A stretch of DNA of 64,000 nt from Xylographa opegraphella (Eukaryota), in assembly GCA_022813865.1 (NCBI GenBank), contig JALDZX010000001.1, forward strand, positions 558,001-622,000, written 5' to 3'. Under the pieces are notes generated by a model. The model was given only the letters and a program-made list of their open reading frames with translations, did no database searches and was not told the origin of the DNA. Below are positions 12,110 through 24,327 of this stretch, piece after piece. The position numbers and the translations under genes were made by a program. Position 1 is the first letter of the stretch. Each line of letters opens with the position of its first letter.

Positions 12110-12456
12110 GATCTTTAGGGAATTTTCCTTGTTACTGAGAGTGTACACTGCAGAAGACTGGCGACAGTCGTCCTTGTGAACACCGGGCCACGATATCCAA
12201 AGATTGACTCGACGATGGTTGATGTTTCACCACCTCCACTTGCGGGGTAACAATGTAGTCGTGGTGAAGTTCAACAAGAGTCGCACAAGATGCGCAAGCC
12301 GTCTTTTCTGCAGAGCAGCTAGAGTCGCTGAAGGCAAGATCTCATCTCGCCAGGTCCTCGTGAACGCTCAAGTAGGGGTGTCAAGATGGCGCAGCCGATC
12401 ACGACTGGGAGTCTTGGAATGCGTTGGCCGCAGGCGCTAAGCCCGTTTCAAACGCG

Positions 12457-12665
12457 GATAAGCAGCCGATAAGGGCTTCAGCCTGCATCGGAGCATCTGC
12501 TGCCACTTCCGGATGTGTATTGTTGCAGCTTGAGTGGAGTGGTGGTGGAAGTCCGTTGGGAAGGTAGAAGTAACAGGACGATCATCCCCTACGCGTCACG
12601 AGTTCCGCAAATCGAAGAACAGTACACATTCAGCTGACACGGAAGATGAACGGCCTACGGATAAG
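12457..12665. promoter_or_regulatory. Cluster of three GATAAG (GATA-factor-type) sites
   Basis: GATAAG at 12457, 12468 and 12660, upstream of the 10725-12109 gene. Confidence 0.3.
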
Positions 12666-13054
12666 TCACCTGCTGCCCAGCCGAGCTATTCGCTAAGAGT
12701 GTGCCTGCGGGAGTATGTAGGTCAGGTATCGTCAGTGCACGAAGCATCTTTGCTCAATACAGCCACTGGTATTGATTTACGGCACCAATCGAATTCATTA
12801 TTATGTTTGAGCCTTTTCTGGAGCCTTTCATTCTATCAAGCAATAAGCCGTGGTATCTTTGGTACACGTGTCCTGGAGAAAAAGAAAAGGGAAAAACACA
12901 ACTTTTCTGGACAGCCCACCGATACTGATGGGCACAGTAAGCAAATCGGACATGATACAATCGCCGCAAGTAGACTTCCCCATATGCAATCCCGATTGGG
13001 CTGCAAGGGTCACTCATACTTTCAACCTTCCAACGGCTCTCGAAGGTGGAGACC

Positions 13055-14749
13055 TTAAAATGTCATCTTCTTGCCTTTGAAGTCTCCAAAGCCTCCGCGG
13101 TTGGTGGAACCCCCTCGACCGCCTCGCGAACCGCCACGATCACCAAACCCTCCACGGCCGCGACCTCCGCCACGGCCGCCACGATCACCGCCACGACCAC
13201 GCCCACCTCCGAAGCTACCCCCACCACGGCCACCACGAGGCGCATCACCATTGGAAGCACGAGCACGCCCGAAGTCAAGACGGATTGGACGGCCACAGAT
13301 AGCTGCACCCTTCATGTTATCGAAAGCCGCCTGAGCATCTTCAATCGATCCAAATTGGACATAACCGAAGCCTTTGGGATTCCCACTATCTGGATCGGTA
13401 GGTAGACGAACACCTAGTACAGTACCGTGCTTCCCGAATTCTTCGCCGATGATGTCTTCAGTAGCTTCGAATGAGATGTTGCCCACAAACAATGTGTCGC
13501 TTGGCTCGCTGGGTTGATCCCCATAAGCCTTGGCACGGTCGTTGGCCTTGTTCTGGTACCCTCCGGTGCCAGCATCATTCGTTCGAGGTGCAGCAAAGTC
13601 GACGTTGATCTCTCGGTTATCAATCATCTTGCCTTTCATTGCGCTGTGGGCCTTGGCGGCATCGGCTGCATTAACGTATTCGACATAACCAAACCTGTTA
13701 TTTGTGAGTGATGGTTGCAATTGTGTAGACCAGGAACGAGTTACCCTTTAGAGCGACCCGTTGCTTTGTCGGAAATCACTCTAACTCCAGACAGCTCCCC
13801 GAAGCTCTCAAACTCACGGGTCAACCAATCTTCATCGACATTCCAAGAAAGACTGCCAACAAAGAGGTTTTTGACTCCGTCGCTTGCGACCTCGGTCAGT
13901 TCCTCCTTCTTAGCCTTCTTGGCCACAGGAGCAGCCTCAGTCTCCGCCTTCCGCTTCTTTGGGGGCGCTTCATTTTCACTCTCCTCTTCTGATGAAGAGT
14001 CAGAGTCAGCAGAGTCGCCTTCAGGAGCAGAACTCTCGTCGCTACCAGAATCATCGCTCTCGTCAGAGTCATTTTCAGAAGCCTAGAATGCTGTTAGTCA
14101 ATACTGTCTTTGAACATGAAGACTGTCAAACCTCTTTACTAGCTACGTTCATTAGTGCGCCGTTCAGCTCTTTGGCATCTATGGGACCTTTTGGCTTCGC
14201 CACATCTTCCTCATCGGACTCCTCGCTTTCGTCAGTGCCATCAGTGTCGTCAGAGTCATCTGCAGGAGCAGCCTTCTTGGCCGCTACTACGGATGCCGAT
14301 TTGGACGGAGCTGATACTTCTTCATTGTCAGACGAGTCAGAAGAGGCTGAAGAGGAATCGGTCGCAGCTTTAGCTGCGACCTTCGGGGTACCATTGACTT
14401 TGCCATTGACTTTGCCATTGGCACTGCCGTTCACCTTTGGCATAGGCATCTTGGCATCTTCGTCGGACTCGCTACTATCAGAGCTAGCACTCGTTCCCGC
14501 AGCGTCCTCACTGTCGTCACTGCTTGACTCTGGAGTAGGTTCCTTGATGACCTTTTTGGACTTCTTGTCTGCTTTGCTAGATTTATCAGCTTTTACAGCA
14601 GCGTGTTTTGCCACTTCCTGGATCTTCGCCTTCGGAGCCTGCGATTGTTTAGTTATGGTAGTCCGATTGACAGGTGTTGTAACTTTCACCTCTGTGACCT
14701 TACTAGTCTTCTCAACCTTGGAGCTCTTATCGGACTTTGATTTCGCCAT
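13055..14749 (-). CDS. nsr1: Nucleolin-like protein (Nsr1/Gar2): acidic Ser tracts, two RRMs, GAR tail
   Basis: K/A-rich and S/D/E tracts; RNP motifs LFVGSLSW, SKG|FGYVEY, LFVGNISF, KGFGYVQF; RGG tail ending FGDFKGKKMTF; introns 14131-14083 and 13744-13695. Confidence 0.92.
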
Positions 14750-14941
14750 TACGAATTATGATATCCTGAATAGTGGAGATATAAGTCAGTAACTGGATTA
14801 TAAGTTCAATAGAAATAGAGAGCGTCGTGAGAAGGTGGAAATACTATCTGTGTTTCGTCACTGTGCAACACCGCGATCGAATAATCCCCAATTTGAAAAC
14901 TCTGATTTCGAGTTTTCTTAGTGCGACAAGCCTCGATAGTG

Positions 14942-15174
14942 TCAAGAACCCTCAAGTGTCAAAAGCCCACAAGCCCACTGATCAGCCCTCTAGATACCTG
15001 TGTTCACAAGTGCCCAAGTCTTTCAAAGTGAATATGCGATGTGCTCAAGAACCCACAAGTGCCCAATTTGTCAGTAGCAACAATGGATGCAGCCCACAGA
15101 TAAGCCGACTAAGTTATAAGCCCACAGTCAAGACGAAGAGCCCACTGATGAAAGCCCACACCAAACTGGCCCAC
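14942..15174. repeat. Cluster of short degenerate repeats (AGCCCAC x6, CACAAGTGCCCAA x2) in the nsr1/alg6 divergent promoter
   Basis: AGCCCAC at 14964, 14972, 15091, 15119, 15139, 15153; GGCCCAC at 15168. Confidence 0.6.
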
Positions 15175-15445
15175 GTAGATCTGTTAGATGTATTTGATGA
15201 GGTGTTGTTGGATGTAATCCAATGTATTCGAGTACGAGTGTATGGTGGAATCGAATGTGCGGAGCTCGGAAGAAAAACTTCAGCTCATAAGATAGCTTAG
15301 CAGCCGCGCTAACGACTGGGGCCAATGATCCCCCACGCTTGACCCGGACTAACCTAAGCAGTATTTGACTAGATCCGCGCCCTGGGAGCTCATTCGCGAA
15401 TGGATTAGCTATGACTTTCGTGCACCATCCACGCCTGAGTGAACG

Positions 15446-17358
15446 ATGCTCTCTAATCACCGTTCACGTAAGAAGAAGAAGGCGGCGGTTACTACGCAGT
15501 CCACTATTGCTCAGAGTCTTGTCATTATCGATCCTAAAACGACTGAACTGGCTCCTGCTTTCCCTCTCGTCTCGTTTCTTTGGCCAGCGAGGACGTCAAC
15601 TTCGCAATGGATAGTCTTGCCATTGATCTTAATGGTGGTTGGCCTCTTCAGATGGGCGGTTGGTATATGGGGGTACTCTGGTAAGGAAGACGGTATAAAT
15701 CAATAGGATGTATCATTGACGTTGACAAAGGCTACCGAAATCCTCCAATGTATGGTGACTTTGAGGCTCAGAGGCATTGGATGGAAATCACAACTCAACT
15801 ACCGATATCCAAATGGTACTTCTATGACCTACAATACTGGGGTCTAGATTACCCGCCTTTGACTGCATACCATAGCTGGCTTTTCGGAACAATGTAAGAC
15901 TCAACATTTCATTGCTTGTGTGTGTAATACGCAACGACTGACCCCTGTAACAGTGGATTTTGGATAGAACCGAGGTGGTTCACGCTCGGAACATCAAGAG
16001 GGGTAGAAGAGCAGTTGCTCAAGGTCTACATGCGCGCGACGGTCCTTATTTCCGAGTACGTTTCCTACGTCCCAGCGGCCATTCTATTCAATCGAAAAAT
16101 TGCCAAACTACGAGGGGCCAGCGCGTGGGAGTCGGATATTGTCCTTGTGGCGGTCCTCCTGCAGCCAGCGACCATCCTCATAGACCATGCACACTTCCAG
16201 TATAATACGGTGATGCTCGGACTTGTTCTAGCAAGCATGAACAGCATTCTTGCGAATAGATACCTTTGGAGTTGCTTTTTCTTCGTGGGAGCACTTTGTT
16301 TCAAGCAGATGGCACTCTATTTCGCACCCGCAGTGTTTGCATATCTTGTCGGAATCTGTCTAATACCTCGTCCGAACGTCCTTCGATTTGTTACCGTTTC
16401 ACTAGTCACAATTCTATCATTCGCAGTGATCTTTGGACCGTTGCTTCTCGGATCACTATACGAATCAACTAAGGATTCGAAGTTGGTCGATATTCTAGAA
16501 CCACCTCCAACATTGAGGTCTTTGCCACTGCAGATCAACCCAAAGTCGTGGTACTACCCTTTGGTCCTCCAGCTTACACAATCGATCTATCGCATTTTTC
16601 CTTTCGCTCGCGGAATTCTCGAAGACAAGGTCGCCAATTTCTGGGGCTGCGTACATACCATTCACAAACTGAACTTCTATCCGACTCCAATGCTCCAACG
16701 ATTCTCAATGCTGGCAACTTTGATATCAATCCTACCAACATGTATGACGATTTCGTTGTTCCCACGAAAGGAGCTTGTACCCTGGGCCATGGCGAGCTCG
16801 GCGTGGGGGTTTTTCTTGTTCTCGTTTCAGGTTCATGAGAAGAGCGTACTACTGCCGTTGCTCCCAATGACTGTACTGCTTGGTACGGAAGGCGGTCTCG
16901 GCACTGAGATGAGAGCCTGGATCGGCTGGGCAAATACACTAGGAGTCTGGACATTATTCCCTTTGTTGAAACGGGATGAGTTAAGAGTACCTTACGCGGT
17001 GCTGACATTACTGTGGACGTACCTGCTTGGCCTACCACCCGTTTCGTGGAGTCTATACACACCTCGGCAGACTGAACTGGCCGCTCCGACGAAATTACTT
17101 CATCTTACCTTCTATATGGCAATGCTGGTATGGCATGTTCTCGAAGCATTCGTGGCGCCACCGGCTGGAAAACCAGATCTCTGGGTTGTCATCAATACAC
17201 TGATTGGGGCGGCTGGTTTCGGTATCTGTCTCTTGTGGTGCTCGTGGCAATTGATTTTGCGCAGCGGTTTGATGGAAGATTACTTTGGGGTCAGGATCAG
17301 GCTGGAAAAGCTGGGAAAAGTGGACATCAAAGAACAGAAAATTTCGAAGAGCCAATAA
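15446..17358 (+). CDS. alg6: Dolichyl-PP-Man9GlcNAc2 alpha-1,3-glucosyltransferase
   Basis: [77 protein letters not shown]; introns 15681-15730 and 15894-15953. Confidence 0.95.
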
Positions 17359-19365
17359 TGGATACGCCAGTTCTCACAACTGAGCGGATCCATATATTCG
17401 CACATGTAAGATATACGTACCCCATGATACATAGCACTATATAAGAAACCTTCATCAGGATGAACAGATGCTGCCCTTGTTCAATGAAGTCGTCAAGTCA
17501 CTTGAGAAGTACTATCTTCATTCAGTCCTATACTACTATGATGTATGGAAAATGTTCGAGGGTTGGCCGATCTTCGTTGATCATCTTACAGGATGCCAAA
17601 TATACCAGGAAAAATCTTTAACATTGAGATAGTAAGACCCAGAGAAGCGATGTGTTTGGCTGTGCCGGCCTTGTTCCTCGTGAATCCAAACCATCTCCTG
17701 CTTCCCAAGCGTGTGAATCTGCAAGCTTCCATATCGTTAAGCCCCATACGCAATGCTTCACTCATTTACCAAGTCATCGCGCTTTGCGGTCAGTTGCATG
17801 TCAAGCGTCTATGCTAAATCCCACTTGTTTGCATACGACGTTGTTTGCGTATCTGAGTATTGTCAGAGGCGAAGCAGGATACCTTGACTCGAAGTGGGTG
17901 AGACTGACATTCTCCCTGAATCTTTCAAATACATAACGAGTGCTGCAAAATATACCCATAGCCTAAACAAATTCCTGAAGATTGGACAAATACATATGTG
18001 AATTACTTCGACCAGTGCATATATGGCTTCGTGCCGCCTCTCGGCGTCATTGGTGAGGACTTAAATACAGGTCTCTGGTGCCGATCCAGATGGACCGCAT
18101 ACTGACGCTTCGGTTCATTCTCAGGAGTATCGCTGTGTGACTCATTGCAAATTTGAGACTTCCCATTGTAATTACTACTGAAAACCGCTGGTGGAGAGCT
18201 GTCCGAAGAAATATGCTCGCCTGGCTGTCGAGTAAGTAGGGTTTCAGCATCTATCACAGTTCCGGATGCCTCCACTCGAGTGGATATCTTCGCGCTCAAG
18301 ACCAAATGGTGACGTGATCCTTGGAAGGGGTAAGTCAGATCGATATTTTGAGACTCTGCCGTGAGCAAAGATTCTGGATGGTAACTGAAAAATACCCCGA
18401 AGATATGGGGCGTAGTTTACTGTTTCCTAACACTTTAGTCACTTGGTCACTTAAATGTACCCGACAGATAAGGATCCAGTGAGATCAAAGGATTCAGTTT
18501 CATTCCAGCAGCCGTCGAGAGAGAGACTATAACAGGGTAGTGAATGGATATGGATCACAAGCGGTTCGTCGGCGAAAAGAAATGGTTTATCTAACATATG
18601 TTCCAGCCCTGCACAAGTGACCAGGAGTGAGAGTATTGTGGCATTGATAGACTAGTTGAAGCGTTACTTTTGAAGCATCACATCAAGTTCGTTTGGATAA
18701 GCACACAGTCTTTATTCATCTCCGATATAGTTGTGCTAGGATGCGGATATGCCTGGCGGCGGTGATGCGCAACAAGACAACCGAAAGATAACTATCACTA
18801 TCCTGGACCACGGGTTAATCACCTCCTGGCCCTGTAATAAGCTGCATAATCTTCTTCGTAATCGTCTTACAAGACATTGCTATGTACCACAGTACAAGCC
18901 CCACGGCAGTAGTGGAGCGTGCTAAGCCTCTGTCAATATTCGACGCTGTTGATGTATTGGTCGTTTCAAGTTCCTGTTCTCTGCCACAAGGTCTCTTCCG
19001 ATGGTGACACGACAGCAAGAACAATATGCTGTTTCCTTGTGGTTTTCGTTCATGATTTTGGCGGTCCTTCGTGATTGATAGGCGCGGGCTAGAAGTCTTT
19101 ATCTAAAACTTTTTAGAGACTTCCTACCAGTACGAATCATCATGAAGACATGATATCATCGAATAAGGGATTCGAGAAATGACCATGAAAGCTCAAGCTG
19201 TTTCGTTACGCTTCATCACAGAAGTTGTCACGACAATCAGTCTAGACTAGTTACAGTCTACGCCTAAAGCGGTAACTAGGTAGGATACAATAGCGAATCT
19301 CAGATTTCTATAATCTTGACAAATCCACTCTTGACAAACCCACCCTCAATCAAATAGTTCCAGAT

Positions 19366-21624
19366 ATGGGACATAATAGTCATAGAAAGCGCTCACGCGT
19401 ACATTATGAGAAAAATGAGGCGATAGATAGACATTCCCCAAATATTGGTCTTGGTGCAACACTTTCGCAACTACAGGATCCAGACCAAGCAGACGTCCTT
19501 GAAGCAACAAAGTCATCGCTTGGAGATGATACTGATTCGGGCTATCCTCCAGGAGAATGGAAAGTCGTAAGGCGTCATTCAAAAAGGAGGAAATCAGGTC
19601 AATCAACCAAAGTTAGCTCTGACCGAGCTGGGAGTAAGAAAGAAAACAATCGACCATGCTTGACATTTGCAGAACTGCACAAGCTTCATTCAAGTCTGAA
19701 GATTATCGACCTCCAAGGCCTTGTGTTGTATTGCTTGGCGGATGGTGTGAGTCCACAGTGGATTTCCGTTCGGCATCACGCTCAGGTTACAAAAGCTGTT
19801 GTGCTTCTTGTGCCAGGTATAGAACGGGACATGTTTGATGGCACCATCAGGCTTCTCGATCCAATATCTAGTATTAGTGATGATCCTACACTACCAGCTG
19901 TAAGCACCGCCGACGAAACAAATGTACAACAGTGCTCTATGGATGAGATACCAAATGAACCACTCCCAGGTCCTAGAAGATCTCCGGACGACTATCTTCC
20001 ATTTCCTTTGCGACTTGATCGTCTTCCTTCTCCTCTTAAGCCGCTCGCCAAAATATTCAGTCATTTCTTACCTGTGAATGCACCAGGTGATGATAAATAC
20101 TACAAAGTACATTCACCCGTACAAGCCATACTTACATCGCCAATACCCAAATCTCAAGGCGACCGAAACGGAGAGAAACTCATGAAGACCCCAAGGCTAC
20201 CGCGAGAGAATTCCACGTGGAGAAACGAACCAACTCTTATCACATCCTTTATTGCATCCAATGAAGAGCTGCAAGACAACGAATACGCCATCCATCCAGC
20301 CTGTTTCGAGAATGATAAAGAAAGGGAAGAAAACGTGATCAGGAGACGGTATGCCAAACAGCTCAAAGAATTTGGTTGGGTAGATACTGAAGTCAAGGTT
20401 GCCGAAGACGTAGAGATTTCCGATTGGCAAAGGAACAGTGGCGACTTCACTGCTGGCCGTACTGTTCTAGCTTTGGACTGCGAAATGTGCCAAGTCGAAG
20501 GGGACGAATATGCACTCACTCGAATCAGCATCATCAGGTGGAATGGCGAAGTTGTTATGGATGAGCTGGTAATACCTGACAAGCCAATCACAAACTACTT
20601 AACGCAGTAAGTTACTCATTTATTTCTAATCACTATTACTTATTCATTAAGTAGATACTCAGGTATGACAGCCGCAAAGCTTGCATCTGTTACTACCATG
20701 TTACCAGATATTCAGGCTCGGTTACTCGACCTGTTCAACGAAAACACAGTACTGATAGGACATTCTCTCAATGCTGATCTGAATGCTATGAAAATAACCC
20801 ATCCGTTCATCGTTGATACCTCGATAATATATCCTCATCCCCGAGGTCCCCCACTCAAATCGTCACTCAAGTATCTTGCTCAAAAATACCTTGGTCGTGA
20901 GATTCAGCTAAGCCACGGCTCTACGGGCCATGATAGCATCGAGGATGCGACTGCATGTCTAGACCTCGTCAAGCAGAAATGCGAGAAGGGGGTCAAGTGG
21001 GGTACGAGCGAAGCATCTGGCGAGTCTATCTTTACACGACTGTCGAGGATGCACAGGCCGGGCACACCTAACGCAGAGAACATGTACAGATTAGGTGCCC
21101 GTGTAGATTATGGCCGCAAAGACCAGAAGACACGGGGTCCAGAAAAGCATTGGATCCCTTGCTCAAATGACGAAGAGGTTGTTGGTGGCGTAAAAAGAGC
21201 GGTACTGGGCGACGACGACGGTGCTGTCATGCCCGGCGGTGGTGTTGACTTTACGTGGGCTCGCCTGAGAGAGCTCGAAACCCTCCGAGGATGGTCGAAC
21301 GATTTTCGTAACCCGGTATCTTCTGGTACCTCAATCTTAAAAGCGTCGCTGGCGGAACTATCTTCAGCGGTTTCTCAGACGGTGCAAAATATAGTCTCTA
21401 TTCATGCTATTTTACCACCGTGTACTTTATTCATTGTGTACAGCGGAACTGGTGACCCGAAAGATATGGGCCGGCTACAGGAAATGCGACGACGGTTTAA
21501 GCAAGAGTATGCAATCAAGAAATGGGATGAACTTAGCGTGCGATGGACGGACATTGAAGAGCAAGCTCTACGAAGAGCATGCGCAAAGGCCAGGCAAGGA
21601 GCGGGCTTCGTGACGATTACTTAG
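19366..21624 (+). CDS. rex1: DEDDh 3'-5' RNA exonuclease (Rex1/Rnh70/REXO1)
   Basis: ALDCEMC, LTRIS, NYLTQ|YSG (intron 20607-20654), LIGHSLNADL, SLKYLAQKYLGREIQ, GHDSIEDA. Confidence 0.9.
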
Positions 21625-22662
21625 ATTCTTATTCGGTTGAAGAGATCGACCTTCAAACAATCATTAATTCAAGACTGTCTCATGGTCTCCAACCCATAGA
21701 ATCCTACTCAATACTGGGCTCTAAAGCTCGGAGAATAAAACGGCTCCGTCTACTATGCTGTCTTTCCTGCAAGTAATTTCGAGTAGCTTATCTGGAACAA
21801 TTACTTTAACGCTTTGATCATTTCCGGTTCTTGCTGGTCCTTCCTTATCTCCTCTCTAATCACAACGGGAAGAGTTGAGGGCAAGGAAGAAATCTGGCAA
21901 GCCCTGCGTCACTATCATCAAGACTAGACAAGACTGGGAAGAATCATAGAAAGATTTGTCCTGAATGGTAATGTCGGATATGCGATTGCAGTGACATTAA
22001 GAGCAGCCCAATCCACGTTCATCGTTCTGATTACCCTTGCCTTTATACTCCGGGGGTAAGAACTATGACCATTGCTATAATTTTCAATCAGGTTCCAGCC
22101 TTCACGTAGGTACACACCGATAGTTAATTCTTTCGGTGAACGACTTTCTACGAAACAAGGCATTTAGGCCTGATGCTAGTCAAGAAGTCAACACCCCAAC
22201 GCTGACCTGACTTGAGGAGTGGACTGTTTCAGATATATGAACACGATTGTGGAGAAAAAGCACCGAGTATTATCGCCGTTACATGACAAGCTTCTCGATG
22301 CGTAGAGCTTCGACTGTCGCATAGATCATGAGGAAAAGACCACTCAGCAATAGGGTCTATCCTAATATAGACTCACAGCTGCCGAATTCTCAAGTAAAGA
22401 AGTTCTCGAGGCCGGATCTACTGGTGAACTGCAGGCGAAGGTTCGTTTGACACCTAATACCTAGGTACCTTAATAATGTTGGATCTTGATGGTGCTTTTA
22501 TGGTTGACGCTAAGATATCCTAGGACTAGTAAGCGGAAACGACCCTTGGACATGAGCCAAAAAAAATGTCGCGTAGAAACCTGCATCATTAAGGTACTGA
22601 ACGGCTTTCGACTGTAAGAAAGTATCCTCACTCGCCGAAACCAACCTTTATCCATAAAGAAG

Positions 22663-23830
22663 ATGTTCGTGTTCGATACCGTTTGATCTTCTATATATGC
22701 TAATTCTACTCACTCAGGTTCTGTCTCAGAAGGGCCGCTGTACGCGCTCTCACAACTCCCTACACTTCCATCTCCGTTGGACCTCGATCAATTACCACAA
22801 TATCTGCGTCAACGCTTCTGAACAAGTATCCCTCATACACCTGGGCATTCCAAAAGAGATTTGCTAGTGAGGAAGTCACACAGGCTGAACCCGAGGCGGA
22901 CGGGGCTACAGAAGCTCAACATGGCAGGAATTCAATAGCATCTGCAACTACTGGTTCTGAACCACCAATACAACCGACAGAACAAGAAGATCAATCAGCA
23001 ATTGCATATGCACTATCGTCGTCGACCGAGACTGTTTCTAATACAGTTGCAAATGCTGCAGAGACAACTGCTACTTCTACAGAGACGATTCGTGGTTATG
23101 CTGCAGACGCTGCCTCAGCTGCAGGTGTCGGAGCGGCTACAGCACAAGCAATAGCGGGGGGAGGTAGTGGCCAGGAAGCAGCTTCTACCCACACCCTTTA
23201 CGTGGGCAATCTGTTCTTCGATATCACAGAAGACGCTTTGAAACAGGAATTTCAGAGATTTGGTACCGTCAACATGGTTCGAATTATCTATGATGGCCGA
23301 GGACTAAGTAAAGGGTACGCCACACACAACTCCAATGGCCTTTACATGATGAGCTCAGCTAATGCAGCATTAGCTTCGGTTATGTTGAATTTACCGACTC
23401 AAGCTCTGCTGCCCAGGCAATCGAGAACCTCAACCAACAGGTCTTCGAAGGACGCCGTATGACAGTGCAATATTCGATTCGGAGAGATGGACCTCGACCC
23501 AGATTCGGTCCACGCTCCACCAACAACCCCCCTTCGAAGACACTGTTCATTGGTAACATGTCGTTTGAAATGAGCGACAAGGACCTCAATGATCTGTTTA
23601 GAGACATCAAGAATGTAATTGATGTCCGGGTAGCGATCGATCGAAGAACAGGCCAACCGAGAGGCTTTGCCCATGCAGACTTCATTGATCTTGCCAGTGC
23701 AGAGAAGGCGAAACAGCTACTACACGCTAAAGAGATTTATGGTCGACGGTTACGGGTGGATTTTAGTGAATCAAATCCTCAGACGAGAGGGCCAAGAGAA
23801 TCGGCGCCAACACAATCGTCGAATGTTTAG
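22663..23830 (+). CDS. Two-RRM RNA-binding protein with predicted mitochondrial presequence
   Basis: AT|G split by intron 22665-22717 gives MFCLRRAAVRALTT...FQKRFASEE; RRM1 LYVGNLFF..SKG|FGYVEF (intron 23315-23373); RRM2 LFIGNMSF..RGFAHADF. Confidence 0.85.
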
Positions 23831-24162
23831 GTGGAAAGGTTCAAGATCCTGATAACGGGCTATTTCTCGAGGACTCTATATCTTCTAGACCCTGCCCACT
23901 TCCAACCCTGGCTGTTGACTCCGTCTCTGTTTCATAGTAAGCAATTGGCGATGGGTGGTCATATGCTGCTTGTGGTGTGTACATTAGTTTTTATCATTCT
24001 TCGGAGTCAGTACCTGGGTCAATACCTCTCTTCTCTTTGAGAAACCATAACAATATGCGCTTTGGTGGGCCTTGTGAAGTTTCATGGAAAGTAGCAAATC
24101 GGAGTTGCCACGATAAATACTTTTTGACTTGGGAACCCTGTCGTTGTTATCTATCTGTCATG

Positions 24163-24168
24163 CCGAGG
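24163..24168. promoter_or_regulatory. CCGAGG (CCTCGG) FarA/FarB-type core upstream of pex5
   Basis: Exact 6-mer about 165 nt upstream of the pex5 ATG; this core is known from Aspergillus peroxisomal and fatty-acid genes, but a single 6-mer is weak. Confidence 0.35.
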
Positions 24169-24327
24169 TTCATAAATCGACGTCAGGCTGCGCCCAATAG
24201 ATTCACACGCCCTTCAAAAGTTTTCCACCATTAATTCAGAAATCCTTAGACTGCGATATTCTTTGTTTCCGCGATTCTATAGATCAAATAAACCCCTGGT
24301 GACAAATTTGATCTCATTACCATACCG

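Noticed and set aside
17450..19300. 1.9-kb gap with short minus-strand ORFs, possible decayed gene
   Set aside because: No recognisable motif or consistent frame.
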